DNA of 64,000 nt from an uncultured beta proteobacterium (GTDB lineage Bacteria > Pseudomonadota > Gammaproteobacteria > Burkholderiales > Gallionellaceae). The translations under genes and the position numbers were made by a program. A model generated the notes under the pieces. The model saw nothing but the letters and a program-made list of their open reading frames with translations. It did not search any database and had not been told where the DNA came from. Location of the stretch: NCBI GenBank assembly GCA_963806115.1, contig CAWDWW010000019.1, forward strand, positions 1,675-65,674. Reading direction: 5' to 3'. Shown here piece by piece: positions 9,385 to 20,723 of the stretch (position 1 is the first letter of the stretch; every line of letters begins with the position of its first letter).

Positions 9385-11823
9385 TCAACTTGATACCACC
9401 GCCCTCAGTTGCTCCGGCGCAAAATCATCCACCATGATCACCTTGCGGCGCAGTGCGTAGTCGCGTTCCAGTTGTATGGCCTCATCTGCCGTGATGATGC
9501 CCCGGTCGCGCGCTTCGGCGATGCGCAGCAATTCTTCGAGCGCCTTCAGTTTGCCGGCCTTGCGCGCTTCCTGCAGTTTGTCCTGCAACGGCTCGCAGGC
9601 CAGCGTGCTGGCCAGGGCAGCTTCCAAAGCACCGACGGCGTCCTGTTCGCTATCAGGGATATATATACCCGCTGTCAAACGATCACGGGTTGCACCGGGA
9701 TGCATCAACAGGGTGGCGATCTGATGTCCGGCATGATCGGATGGCGGCTTGAAACACCGCCCCAGCGGGAAGACCAGAATGCTCAACAACGAACGAACCA
9801 GCACATTAGGAAAGTTACAAATCACACCGTCAATTGCCTGCTGTATCTTGTATAGCGCGTCTCGTATCGCCCAGTTAAGCAACGGCAAATCCTCGACGGG
9901 ACGTCCATCGTCCTCAAAGCGCTTCAGGGCCGCCGAACATAAATACAGCAGGCTCAATATATCGCCCAAACGGGCGGAAATTTTCTCGCGCCGTTTCAAC
10001 TCGCCGCCCAATACTGCCATGGCCATATCCGCGCTCAGGGCGAAGGCTGCCGAAAAGCGCGTCAATTGCTGGTAGTAGCGATGGGTTTCGTCCCCTTTGG
10101 GCGTTTTTATGCCGCGGCCGCCAGTCAGACCGAAAATCAGGCTGCGCGCGGCATTGCTCAAAGCAAATGTAATATGTCCGAACAGCGCGTCATCGAACTG
10201 ATGCAGCGCACGCTTTTGGTCATGGTCGTTTACTGAGGCTATCTCTTTCAGCACATACGGGTGCGAACGTATCGCCCCCTGTCCGAAGATCATCAGCGTG
10301 CGGGTCAGGATATTCGCGCCTTCCACGGTAATCTGCACCGGCATCTGCTGATAAAAGCGCCCCAGATAATTGTCCGGTCCGAGGCTGATCCCCTTGCCGC
10401 CATGCACGTCCATCGCGTCGTTGATGACGACACGGCAGCGCTCGGTGGAATGGTATTTGACGATGGCCGAGATCACCGACGGCTTTTCGCCCAGGTCCAC
10501 TGCCAACGCAGTGAAGCGGCGCGCCGCCTCTACCATGTAGGTGTGCGCGCCTATGCGGGCCAGCGGTTCTTCTACGCCTTCGAACTTGCCTATCGGTACC
10601 TTGAATTGTTTGCGCACGCGGCAGTATGCGCCACTGGTGCGAGCCACCAGTTTCATGCCGCCGATACAACTGGCAGGCAAAGAGATCGAACGCCCAGCCG
10701 CCAGACATTCCATCAACATGCGCCAGCCCTGCCCTACACGGGACGTGCCGCCGATGATGTAATCCATCGGGATGAACACATCCTTGCCCTGCGTCGGTCC
10801 GTTCAGAAAAGCGGAATTCAGCGGAAAATGACGGCGGCCGGTCTTCACGCCCGGCGTATCGGTGGGAATCAACGCAAGGGTGATGCCGCGGCTGGTTTCG
10901 CCGCCAAGCAGGTGTTCCGGGTCATACAGCTTGAACGCCAGACCGAGCAGCGTGGCGACGGGAGCGAGCGTGATATAGCGCTTCTCCCATGTCAGGCGTA
11001 TACCCAGTACATCCTGCCGGCCGGCAAACTCTCCGTGGCACACGATGCCGTAATCGGGAATCGCGCCTGCATCCGATCCGGCGAACGGGCCGGTCAGCGC
11101 AAAACAAGGCACTTCCTGGCCAAGTGCAAGGCGGTGCAGGTACTTTTGCTTTTGCTCGTCGGTTCCGTAGTGCAACAATAGTTCGGCCGGCCCCAGGGAA
11201 TTCGGCACCATCACCGTCACGGCAGCCGTGCCGCTGCGCGAGGCCACCTTGCTCACCACAGCCGAATGCGCCTGAGCGGAAAACTCCAGGCCGCCATACA
11301 TCTTCGGAATGATCATGCCGAAGAAGCCCTTGTCCTTGATGAATTGCCAGACTTCCGGAGGCAGGTCGGCGCGATTGTGGGTGATGTCCCAATCGTCCAG
11401 CATGGCGCACAGTTGCTCGACTTCGTTGTCGAGAAATGCTTGTTCCCGCGGACTTACTCCACACTGAGGAAAGGCCAGCAGCTTGTTCCAGTCCGGGTTG
11501 CCGCTGAACAATTCACCATCCCACCACACCGTGCCGGCATCGATCGCTTCCTGTTCAGTGGCGGATATTTTCGGCAATATTTTGCGGAACAGTTTCAACA
11601 CTGATCCACTCACAACATTGCGGCGCATGTATGGGATACCGAACAACACGATGAATAATAACAGCGCAACGCCGATCACGATCAACACTTCATCAGAGAA
11701 GCGCCCCATGATCGCGACTACCGGCACTATCACCATCATGGCCAGCACCCAACTGGTGATAGAAGCGCGGTAAAACGCCAGCATGATGAAAATCGCCAGT
11801 GCTGCAAGAAGGGTTAAGGCCAT
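9385..11823 (-). CDS. fadE: Acyl-CoA dehydrogenase FadE (membrane-anchored type)
   Basis: N-terminal TM helices; VMVPNSLGPAELL, CFALTGPFAGSDA and ITVEGANILTR motifs; 812 aa. Confidence 0.93.
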   Translation of the reverse strand: MALTLLAALAIFIMLAFYRASITSWVLAMMVIVPVVAIMGRFSDEVLIVIGVALLLFIVLFGIPYMRRNVVSGSVLKLFRKILPKISATEQEAIDAGTVWWDGELFSGNPDWNKLLAFPQCGVSPREQAFLDNEVEQLCAMLDDWDITHNRADLPPEVWQFIKDKGFFGMIIPKMYGGLEFSAQAHSAVVSKVASRSGTAAVTVMVPNSLGPAELLLHYGTDEQKQKYLHRLALGQEVPCFALTGPFAGSDAGAIPDYGIVCHGEFAGRQDVLGIRLTWEKRYITLAPVATLLGLAFKLYDPEHLLGGETSRGITLALIPTDTPGVKTGRRHFPLNSAFLNGPTQGKDVFIPMDYIIGGTSRVGQGWRMLMECLAAGRSISLPASCIGGMKLVARTSGAYCRVRKQFKVPIGKFEGVEEPLARIGAHTYMVEAARRFTALAVDLGEKPSVISAIVKYHSTERCRVVINDAMDVHGGKGISLGPDNYLGRFYQQMPVQITVEGANILTRTLMIFGQGAIRSHPYVLKEIASVNDHDQKRALHQFDDALFGHITFALSNAARSLIFGLTGGRGIKTPKGDETHRYYQQLTRFSAAFALSADMAMAVLGGELKRREKISARLGDILSLLYLCSAALKRFEDDGRPVEDLPLLNWAIRDALYKIQQAIDGVICNFPNVLVRSLLSILVFPLGRCFKPPSDHAGHQIATLLMHPGATRDRLTAGIYIPDSEQDAVGALEAALASTLACEPLQDKLQEARKAGKLKALEELLRIAEARDRGIITADEAIQLERDYALRRKVIMVDDFAPEQLRAVVSS

Positions 11824-11913
11824 AATTTTTGCTTCTCCGGAATTATTATTCGCGCCTAGTCACTTTAACGCGATACAACTGGCAACACAATAATGTGGGC
11901 GCTTCGCGCGCTG

Positions 11914-13275
11914 CTAGCGCATCCTTGCGACTGCATCCTCGACCCGCTCCACCGCGATGATTTCCATACCCGCAATCTTTTGTTTTGGTGCGTTGGCCTT
12001 GGGAATGATCGCCTGAGTGAAGCCCAGCTTGGCGGCTTCTTTCAGTCGTTCCTGGCCGCGCTGGACCGGGCGCACTTCTCCGGCCAGGCCGACTTCGCCG
12101 AACACAACCAGTTTTTCCGGAAGCGGCTTGTTCCTGAGCGAGGACACAATGGCGAGCAGCACCGCGAGGTCGGCGCCGGGTTCGGTGATCTTAACGCCGC
12201 CCACCGCGTTGATGAACACGTCCTGATCAAAACAGGCGATGCCCGCGTGGCGATGCAACACTGCCAGCAGCATTGCCAGACGGTTCTGCTCCAGCCCCAA
12301 GGAAAGGCGGCGCGGACTGGGCGAGTGTGCCTCGTCCAGCAATGCCTGTATCTCGACCAGCAAGGGACGCGTACCCTCCTGCGTCACCATCACGCACGAA
12401 CCCGCCACTTGTGCGCCGTGCTGCGACAGGAACAACGCAGACGGATTGCTCACTTCGCGCAGCCCCTTCTCGGTCATCGCGAACACGCCGAGTTCATTAA
12501 CCGCGCCGAAGCGGTTCTTGAACGCGCGCACCAGACGAAAACTGGAATGGGTATCGCCCTCAAAATACAGAACCGTATCCACGATGTGCTCCAGCACGCG
12601 CGGCCCGGCCAGCGCGCCTTCCTTGGTGACGTGCCCGACCAGGATCATGGTGATGTTGCCGCTCTTGGCGATACGCGTGAGCTGCGCCGCGCATTCGCGC
12701 ACCTGGGACACCGATCCGGGTGCTGATGTCAGTTGCTCGGAATACACGGTCTGGATGGAATCGATCACCACCACATCCGGTTTCTCCTGCGCGATGGCCG
12801 CCTGGATCTTTTCCAGCTGTATTTCAGCAAGCAGGTGCATCGCATGTGCGTCCAGCATCAGACGTTTGGCGCGCAACGCGATCTGTTGCGAGGACTCCTC
12901 GCCGCTGACATACAGCACATTTTTGTGCAACGATAGATGCGCCAGTGTCTGCAACAACAAAGTGGACTTGCCGATGCCCGGATCGCCGCCGAGCAGCACC
13001 ACCGCGCCCTGCACCAGCCCGCCGCCCAGCACGCGGTCAAACTCGACGATGCCGGTGGGTGTGCGTGGAACTGCTGCAGCTTCGACTTCGGAGAGAATCT
13101 GGACCTTGCCGCCCGCCGCCAGCGCGCTGAAACGGTTTTTGCCGGCCGGCATGACAGCATCGGCCACCGTTTCCACCATTGTGTTCCATGCTTCACAATG
13201 AGGACATTGTCCCTGCCATTTCAGTGTCTGCCCGCCGCATTCGGTGCAGCTATAGATCGTTTTTGCTTTTGCCAT
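11914..13275 (-). CDS. radA: DNA repair protein RadA/Sms
   Basis: N-terminal C4 zinc finger, Walker A GDPGIGKS and KNRFG motif. Confidence 0.97.
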   Translation of the reverse strand: MAKAKTIYSCTECGGQTLKWQGQCPHCEAWNTMVETVADAVMPAGKNRFSALAAGGKVQILSEVEAAAVPRTPTGIVEFDRVLGGGLVQGAVVLLGGDPGIGKSTLLLQTLAHLSLHKNVLYVSGEESSQQIALRAKRLMLDAHAMHLLAEIQLEKIQAAIAQEKPDVVVIDSIQTVYSEQLTSAPGSVSQVRECAAQLTRIAKSGNITMILVGHVTKEGALAGPRVLEHIVDTVLYFEGDTHSSFRLVRAFKNRFGAVNELGVFAMTEKGLREVSNPSALFLSQHGAQVAGSCVMVTQEGTRPLLVEIQALLDEAHSPSPRRLSLGLEQNRLAMLLAVLHRHAGIACFDQDVFINAVGGVKITEPGADLAVLLAIVSSLRNKPLPEKLVVFGEVGLAGEVRPVQRGQERLKEAAKLGFTQAIIPKANAPKQKIAGMEIIAVERVEDAVARMR

Positions 13276-13396
13276 CGTTATTTATTTGTTGTTTGGCGTA
13301 CCAGAAAACATTATCCATGCACAGGATCAAATATATGTTGATTTCTCGATATTTTCCTGCTCATGACAACAAGAATGGCCTTTAGGCAATTTGTCT

Positions 13397-15826
13397 TCAA
13401 GCAAATTCTTCGAACTTTTCCTCGAACTCCTCACCCGATACCGGTTTACTGAACAGGTTACCCTGAAAAACGTTACATCCGTGCTGCTTGAGGAAGTCGT
13501 ACTGAGCTTCTGTCTCAACTCCCTCGGCAACCACTTCCATACCCAGGTTGCCGGCCATGCCGATGATGGCCTGCACGATTACGGCATCGGTGGTTTTTTT
13601 GAAAATATTTTGCACGAAAGTCTGGTCGATCTTCACTTGGCTGAGCGGAAGTTGGGTCAGGTAAGACAGTGAAGAATATCCGGTGCCAAAGTCATCCATG
13701 GAAAAACGAACGCCGATTTCCACGAGTGCTTTCATCTTGATGATACTGTCGTTGATGTTGTTGAACACCAGGCTTTCGGTCAGTTCAAACTTGAGCAGGG
13801 CAGGATTGATCGCGTTCTCCAGTATGATCCGGCGCACCTGCTCGACAAAATCCGGCTGATAGAATTGGCGTACGCTGACATTGATCGAAAGACTCAGCCT
13901 GTTTGTTCGAGAAGATCGCTCCCAAGCCTTGAGCTGGGCACATGCCGTCTCCAGCACCCACGTCCCGATCGGCAGGATCAGCCCGGTTTCCTCTGCGATC
14001 GGTATGAACTGTGCCGGTGATACCAATCCCTGGCCGGGATGTTGCCAGCGCAGCAACGCTTCGGCACCGGTAAGATGGCCGCTGCGATCAACTTGCTTCT
14101 GGAAATACAGTTTGAGTTGTCGTTGCGGCAAAGCATGGCGCAACTCGTTTTCGAGGGTAGCGCGCGCTTCCATGATAGCCTGCATGCCGGGATCAAAGAA
14201 GCAAAAACTGTTGCGGCCGGAAGCCTTGGCTTGGCGCATGGCTGTATCGGCATGCTTGAGCAACTCCTCCAAGGCGAACTTTTTGTCATGAAAAAGCCTG
14301 ATGCCGATGCTGGCGGAAGAATGGTATTCATGATCCCGCAAAAAATAGGGTTGGTTCAGAGTGAACAGGATCTTTCTGACCACGGTTTCCACTTGCGCCA
14401 CGGCCTGCGTATGTTCGGCACCCAGGCCTTCCAATATGGCAATGAATTCGTCTCCGCCCAACCGTGCGATTGTGTCGTCGATTCGCACACAACTCTTAAG
14501 CCGATTCGCTACTTCGATCAGCATCAAGTCACCAAAATCGTGTCCTTTGGTTTTGCTCAAAGCCTTGAAGTTATCCAGGTCGATAAACAGTATCGCGCCG
14601 TGATGATGTTGGCGCATCGAGTTATTCAGCATGTAAGACAATCGTTCGAGCATCAACCGGCGATTGGGCAGCTTGGTCAAAGGGTCATAAAAAGCAAGGT
14701 TGTGTATCTCCTCAGCGGCCTGCTTGTTCTGTGAGATGTCTGAAAATGCGCCAATATAGTTCGTGACCCGTCCCTCGGCATCGGTGACGGCAGTGATGGT
14801 GCACCATTCCGGATAGACCTCGCCATTCTTGCGCCGGTTCCACACTTCGCCCTGCCAGTATTTGTCGCGCGCAACCGCGGTCCATATGTCGATGTAAAAC
14901 TGGTCATTGTGCCGCTCGGACTTGAGCATGTCCGGACTCTTGCCCTTTACTTCCTCCGCACTATAGCCGGTGATCCTGGTAAATGCCTGGTTGACGCGCA
15001 GAATCTCCTTGTTTGCATCGGTGACCATAATGGCTTCCTGCGTCTCGAATGCCGTGGCAGCGATGCGCAGTTCCGTAGTGCTCGCTTCGATCCGGCTGGA
15101 GCGATCGCGCAATTCCAGCGCCAAGCTGACGCTCATGAGCAGCACAAGGCCGAGGAACGCAAAACCCGCAATATAAACAGAGTCGACCAGTCCATGATCA
15201 ATCATCGCACCCCATACATTTGCCGCAATCAGGAGTGCCTGGCAAGCCGCCAGAAACATCGCCATTCTGCGTTCACCGCGACGATATTGCACAGCGCTTC
15301 GCCATAGCGCCCAGAGGATCACACCGAATGTAGCGGCACGATATAGCCAATTGCCTATTCCGGCCGTTCCGGAAAAACGGGACAGCGTCTCTCCCCAGGG
15401 CAGGATCAAAGGCGATGTCGTATCCAAAGAGCTGAAGCGAAGGCTGTATGGTGAAGCAAAGTTGACTACCAGCATTGCGCCGTAGAACAGTGCAATAGCA
15501 ATTAGCCATGGTTTTATTCGCTGCTGCCCGGTGTAGCGCGCAACGAAGATAAAATATATGGGAACAAATAATATTAAAGACGTGGCTTGCCAGCGTAGCG
15601 CAACGGATGCCTCTGCTATCGTATCGGCCAGGTAATATTCGGCCACCGAGAATTGGAATCCCGTAACGCAGAAGCACATCCCTGCAAATGCCAGGTACAG
15701 CGATGGCTGTCGCCCAACGTATCTCACCAGGACAGCGAGAGTCCCCGTGAATAATGCAATCCCCGCGCTGACAAAGTAGGCAGGGATGATTAGCGGCGCG
15801 TTAGCAATATTTGCAGCAGTTTCCAT
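13397..15826 (-). CDS. Membrane-bound PAS-GGDEF-EAL diguanylate cyclase/phosphodiesterase
   Basis: About 7 N-terminal TM segments, a PAS domain, ARLGGDEF, GAEALLRW and DDFGTGYSSLSYL. Confidence 0.92.
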   Translation of the reverse strand: METAANIANAPLIIPAYFVSAGIALFTGTLAVLVRYVGRQPSLYLAFAGMCFCVTGFQFSVAEYYLADTIAEASVALRWQATSLILFVPIYFIFVARYTGQQRIKPWLIAIALFYGAMLVVNFASPYSLRFSSLDTTSPLILPWGETLSRFSGTAGIGNWLYRAATFGVILWALWRSAVQYRRGERRMAMFLAACQALLIAANVWGAMIDHGLVDSVYIAGFAFLGLVLLMSVSLALELRDRSSRIEASTTELRIAATAFETQEAIMVTDANKEILRVNQAFTRITGYSAEEVKGKSPDMLKSERHNDQFYIDIWTAVARDKYWQGEVWNRRKNGEVYPEWCTITAVTDAEGRVTNYIGAFSDISQNKQAAEEIHNLAFYDPLTKLPNRRLMLERLSYMLNNSMRQHHHGAILFIDLDNFKALSKTKGHDFGDLMLIEVANRLKSCVRIDDTIARLGGDEFIAILEGLGAEHTQAVAQVETVVRKILFTLNQPYFLRDHEYHSSASIGIRLFHDKKFALEELLKHADTAMRQAKASGRNSFCFFDPGMQAIMEARATLENELRHALPQRQLKLYFQKQVDRSGHLTGAEALLRWQHPGQGLVSPAQFIPIAEETGLILPIGTWVLETACAQLKAWERSSRTNRLSLSINVSVRQFYQPDFVEQVRRIILENAINPALLKFELTESLVFNNINDSIIKMKALVEIGVRFSMDDFGTGYSSLSYLTQLPLSQVKIDQTFVQNIFKKTTDAVIVQAIIGMAGNLGMEVVAEGVETEAQYDFLKQHGCNVFQGNLFSKPVSGEEFEEKFEEFA

Positions 15827-16068
15827 ATGCGGGCAATTTCACCAAATTTTTAAATGGTAACAAATCCATGAATTTCACAGGCAGGATCGCCGGGGGAAAT
15901 CATTTTCATAAGTATTTCAGGCCTGATTCCTTCAAATGATTGCGAAGTATCCCGAGTACACCCTAAACCTGAAACAAAAACGGAACTCATCAAATCGGCA
16001 CCAATATTATTGGTGATTACTTATGAGAACCATCGCAAGCACATTAAGCAACGCGAAGAATAAATAAA

Positions 16069-16689
16069 CTATTTGGCCAGCAATCCCAGCCCGATCATGT
16101 TATTCACCATTACACCGATATAAGTCTGGATAAGATTTTGATTCGAGTCGTTTATGCCGGTTTCTGATGAAGCCGCCCAGACCAGTTTGTTGCTTTTTGC
16201 TTCATACAGATTGGTTTCAATGACTGCATATTCGTCATTGGCGATATAACCAGGCGTGTACAGGTAGCGGTAACCATACCCGTAATAGTCCGGCCAGCTG
16301 CCATAATATGGCGGGGGGTAATAGACGGTGCCCGGCACATAGACTTGCACGATTTTTTTGCTTACCAGCCTGGTGATCAGAACCGCGTCCGCCCCCATTT
16401 CAGCCACTTTCTTCGCAATGGCATCCTGATCTGCCTGTGTCTCGTCGGGAACAACGGTATAGCTAGCAATAGCATCCGTCCCGCGGGATTTGAGTTGTTT
16501 GACAAATTCATCCTCGAATAGCCTTCTATTGAGCGGATTCCTGGCTACCCCGACAACCATGATTCTGGAAGGCCGAGTCTCATAAGAAGGATCCTTCCAG
16601 ACCGAGGTCAGCTGCGTCGAGGCGCATGCAGTCAGCAAAACGGCAATGGGCATGAATAAACCAAACAGCTTGAGCATAGACCTTGTCAT
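16069..16689 (-). CDS. Lipoprotein, DUF4136-like
   Basis: Lipobox LLTAC, Tyr/Pro/Gly-rich segment and IETNLYE...LVWAA. Confidence 0.7.
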   Translation of the reverse strand: MTRSMLKLFGLFMPIAVLLTACASTQLTSVWKDPSYETRPSRIMVVGVARNPLNRRLFEDEFVKQLKSRGTDAIASYTVVPDETQADQDAIAKKVAEMGADAVLITRLVSKKIVQVYVPGTVYYPPPYYGSWPDYYGYGYRYLYTPGYIANDEYAVIETNLYEAKSNKLVWAASSETGINDSNQNLIQTYIGVMVNNMIGLGLLAK

Positions 16690-17069
16690 TTTCCTGTTCC
16701 GGAACTTGCGGATAACGGTTCAAATCGATGCGCAAAGCATACGCCACATCGCCAAGCCTTGCCACACATCGCTTATGGAATGAATAGCTCGGAGCGGGGT
16801 TCCATCGGTTTACTGATGGACTTGTATACCGGGTACTCGCCCGCTACGCTAGAGACAACTGCTCCCCGATCAAGTTCACCGTCTATTCACCCCAAAGCGC
16901 CAATGGGTCGCCCCAGTTATAAGATTTTTACAGCGAAATATCGTTCAATCCAATAATGGTAAGATAGATATGTCAAAGCTCATACACTCGGTGTCGTATA
17001 CACCCTGACCGATAAATCCAGCTAGACCCGTGCCTATACCGCATGTTTAACTCATAAAGGAAACAGGAA

Positions 17070-17498
17070 ATGAAAAATATCAATATTATATTGGCTGTCG
17101 CACTTTCACTGACCTTTGCATCGCTTAATGTTATTGCTGCCGAAGCGCCAGCAGGCAAGGAAAGACTGGTGATGCAAGTCAGCGACAACGATAGCGGGAA
17201 ATGGAACCTGGCTCTCAACAACGCAAAGAACCTGCAACAGGCCTACGGGGCAGACAAGATCGATATCGAGATCGTCACCTACGGCCCAGGAGTCAACATG
17301 CTCAAGTTGGACTCCACCGCCGCGAACCGGATCGATGAAGCCAAACACGCGGGCGTCACGATCGTCGCTTGCCAGAACACGATGAAGAACATGAAACTGA
17401 CAGAGGCCGACATGCTGCCCAATACCAGCTATGTACCGGCAGGCGTTGTCGAGATCATCAAGAAACAAAGGGACGGCTACGCTTACATACGCCCGTAG
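17070..17498 (+). CDS. Periplasmic DsrE family protein (COG1416-like)
   Basis: Signal peptide; ALNNAKNL, IEIVTYGPG, VACQNTM (conserved Cys), VPAGVVEI and GYAYIRP. Confidence 0.85.
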   Translation: MKNINIILAVALSLTFASLNVIAAEAPAGKERLVMQVSDNDSGKWNLALNNAKNLQQAYGADKIDIEIVTYGPGVNMLKLDSTAANRIDEAKHAGVTIVACQNTMKNMKLTEADMLPNTSYVPAGVVEIIKKQRDGYAYIRP

Positions 17499-17637
17499 CA
17501 TACATCCGGAGCCTGAGTAGCTACTGCTTATTGAGCAAAATGTCTCCGCATCAAAGACATGCGCTCATGACGGTGCATATGCATGGTCAGCACGCAAGGG
17601 ATGCGCAGGTTGCCGCCTGCTCCCTTTGCATTATTTA

Positions 17638-17973
17638 TTACTTTGATGCAGACCAGTTATAGCTGCGTACTTTGCCCTGTATATCAAACTTGATTTGCAG
17701 GATTTTCACTTTGGTTGTGCTCATATCAGCCAGTTCGCCTTCGGCATAGTAATAATCCCACTCGTCGAAGCGCTGTCCGTCGGTGGCCAAGCTGACACCC
17801 ACGCTGGTGGGCTCGCCTAGCCAGGAACGGACTTGATCTTGTGTGGTTACGCCCTGCTCGAGCTTGGCTGCGAACACACCCACATCGAAATCCCGACCCA
17901 CTTTGACCGAGCCGCATGCGCTGAGCAAAACAAAAGAAAGCAAAATTATTGCAATGCGCGAAAAGTTGATCAT
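17638..17973 (-). CDS. Small lipoprotein, SmpA/OmlA (BamE-like) fold
   Basis: Lipobox LLSAC and GVTTQDQVRSWLGEP...WDY motif. Confidence 0.7.
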   Translation of the reverse strand: MINFSRIAIILLSFVLLSACGSVKVGRDFDVGVFAAKLEQGVTTQDQVRSWLGEPTSVGVSLATDGQRFDEWDYYYAEGELADMSTTKVKILQIKFDIQGKVRSYNWSASK

Positions 17974-18102
17974 GACATCTCCCCGTTAAGTAATTTGTAC
18001 ATGGCTAAGTTGAGCCAGACTTAACCGGATTACAAGCCTGCGAGGCAAAAGTGCGCGGAACATGGAACAAGTTAAATGGCCGGCGAATAGCCACAGCATT
18101 GA

Positions 18103-18640
18103 TCACTTCATCCTGTGAAGGCAGCTTGATCGTCTCGCCCCCCACCATGAACACGCCATTGCCTTGGTGATGCATGGTGCGCGGGTTCTTTATTGACCTA
18201 TCGATCCACGCCTTGACCACCTCCAGCACGAAGAAGTTGTATTTGTTCACCAACCTGCTATCGGCCACCCTGCATTCGAGATTGGCGTAACACTCGGCGA
18301 TCAGCGGCGGCGATACCTGTGACGCGGGCAGTGGTGTCAGCTTGAACTTCTTGAACTTGTCCACCTTCTTGCCCGAGCAGTTGCCGATACCCACCATCTG
18401 CTTCGCCAGCTCCACCGTCGGGATGCTGATCACGCATTCCTTCGTAGAGACCAGCGCATCGAAGCTGTGATTGCGCCCGCTGATCACGCAGCCCACCAGC
18501 GGCGGCACGAACTCCATCATCGTGTGCCACGACTGGGTCATGATGTTGGTCTTGCCCTTGTGCGCAGTGGTCACCAGCACCACCGGCCCCGGCTCCAGCA
18601 GGCGGTAAACATCGGATAAAGGAAAGGTTCTTTTCGTCAT
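18103..18640 (-). CDS. Flavin reductase family protein (DIM6/NTAB), probable 3' frameshift
   Basis: YRLLEPGPVVLVT, IGNCSG and ECYANLEC. Removing one base near 18115 gives a ...KLPSRMK* end at 18103; as given, the ORF runs on to 18005. Confidence 0.8.
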
Positions 18641-18769
18641 CACTGCACCTCCACTGGCATATGAGTACCGAAATTCGTACCGCTATGGTACACCCTCGCG
18701 TAAAATCGCTACCAAACTATAACGCCGTCCACAGCAAATAACCATCTCTCCAGCATCAATCCAGCCATC

Positions 18770-20697
18770 GTGTCCGCCGAAGTCGAACGTTTTTTCTCCG
18801 AACAAAGCCCGCTTGCCGCCGAAGTCGCGTCGTTCCGTCCGCGCGCGCAGCAGCGCGAGATGGCGCTGGCGGTCGCCGAGGCGATACGCGACAACACGAT
18901 CCTGGTGGTCGAGGCGGGCACCGGCACCGGCAAGACCTTCGCCTATCTGGTGCCCGCGCTGCTCGCGGGCGGCAAGGTGATCATCTCGACCGGCACGAAG
19001 AATCTGCAGGACCAGTTGTTCCAGAAAGACCTGCCGATGGTGCGCGATGCGCTGAAGGCGCCGGTGTCGGTGGCGCTGCTCAAGGGGCGCGCGAACTATG
19101 TGTGCCACTATCATCTGGCGCGCACCGAATCGGACGGCATGTTCAAGACGCGCGAGGACATCAAGCATCTGGGCAAGATCAAGAGCTACGCCAAGGTCAG
19201 CGACTCGGGCGACAAGGGCGGGCTGGCCGACGTGCCGGAGAACGCGCCGATCTGGATGCAGGTGACGTCGACGCGCGACAATTGCCTCGGCCAGGAATGC
19301 CCCAACCACAAGGAATGCTTCGTGCTCAAGGCGCGCACCGAGGCGATGAAGGCGGACATCGTGGTGGTGAACCATCACCTGTTCTTCGCCGACGTGATGC
19401 TGCGCGACGAGGGCGTGGCGGAACTGCTGCCGGCCTGCAACACGGTGATCTTCGACGAGGCGCACCAGCTGCCGGAGACCGCCAGCCTGTTCTTCGGCGA
19501 GACGTTGTCCACCACGCTGCTGCTCGACCTGGCGCGCGACACGCGCATCGAAGCGGCTGCTGCGGCCAAGGATTTCGCGCCGCTGCCCAAGGCCTGCGAC
19601 GAACTGGACAAGGCCGCGCGCGACCTGCGGCTGGTGTTCAAGAAGGAAGGCCGGATGCCTGCCATCGCGACGGAGAGTTTCAAGGAGTTCGCGCCTGCGC
19701 TGAAGACCTTGGGCGAGAAGCTCGCGCAACTTGACGGCCTGCTGGAGAAGCAGGCGGAGCGCAGCGAGGGGCTGGAGAACTGCTGGCAGCGCGCGCAGGC
19801 GCTGGTGCAGCAATTGGCCACAGTGGCAAAAAGGCGACGAGCCGGATCAGGTGCGCTGGCTGGAAGTCTTCCACCATTCGCTGCAACTCAACACCACGCC
19901 GCTGTCGATCGCGGAAATCTTCGAGAAGCAGATCGGCGGCAGCGCGCGCGCGTGGATATTCACTTCCGCGACGCTGGCGGTGAAGCAGGATTTCTCGCTC
20001 TACCAGAGCGAGATGGGTTTGCTCAACGCGCAGACCGCGTGCTGGGACAGCCCGTTCAATTACGCCGAGCAGGCGCTGCTGTATGTGCCGACCGAACCTG
20101 CCGGAACCGAACAGCGAGGGCTACACCGAGGCGGTGGTGCAGGCCGCGTTGCCGTTGATCGAGGCCAGCAAGGGCCGCGCCTTCCTGCTGTTCACCAGCC
20201 TGCGCGCGATGCAGCGCGCCCACGAGATCCTGCAGGCCGAATTCGACCGGCGCGGCTGGGACTATCCGCTGCTGCTGCAGGGCGAAGGTTCGCGCAGCGA
20301 ACTGCTGACGCGCTTCCGCGACCTCGGCAACGCGGTGCTGCTCGGCAGCCAGTCGTTCTGGGAAGGCGTGGACGTGCGCGGCGAAGCGCTGTCGCTGGTG
20401 GTCATCGACAAGCTGCCGTTCGCGCCGCCCGACGATCCGGTGCTGGCGGCGCGCATCGCGCAACTCAACAAACAGGGACGCAACGCGTTCATGGAATACC
20501 AGTTGCCGCGCGCGATCATCACGCTGAAACAGGGCGCGGGAAGATTGATCCGCGATGAAACCGACCGCGGCGTGCTGATGATCTGCGACCCGCGCCTGAT
20601 CACCAAACCCTACGGCAAGCGCATCTGGCAGAGCCTGCCGCCGATGAAGCGGACCCGGGTCGAGGCGGAGGCGGTGGCATTCTTCAAGACTGTTTAA
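18770..20697 (+). CDS. ATP-dependent DNA helicase, DinG/YoaA family, with 2 frameshifts
   Basis: EAGTGTGKT, DEAH, TSATL, SFWEGVD and QGAGRLIR motifs spread over three frames; shifts near 19820 and 20092. Confidence 0.9.
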
Positions 20698-20723
20698 CCT
20701 GCCCAGGCTATTCCCCTGCCCAG

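Noticed and set aside
15827-16068. c-di-GMP riboswitch upstream of the GGDEF-EAL gene
   Set aside because: No GEMM-like GGCAAA...GAAA...GACGCAAA architecture is visible.
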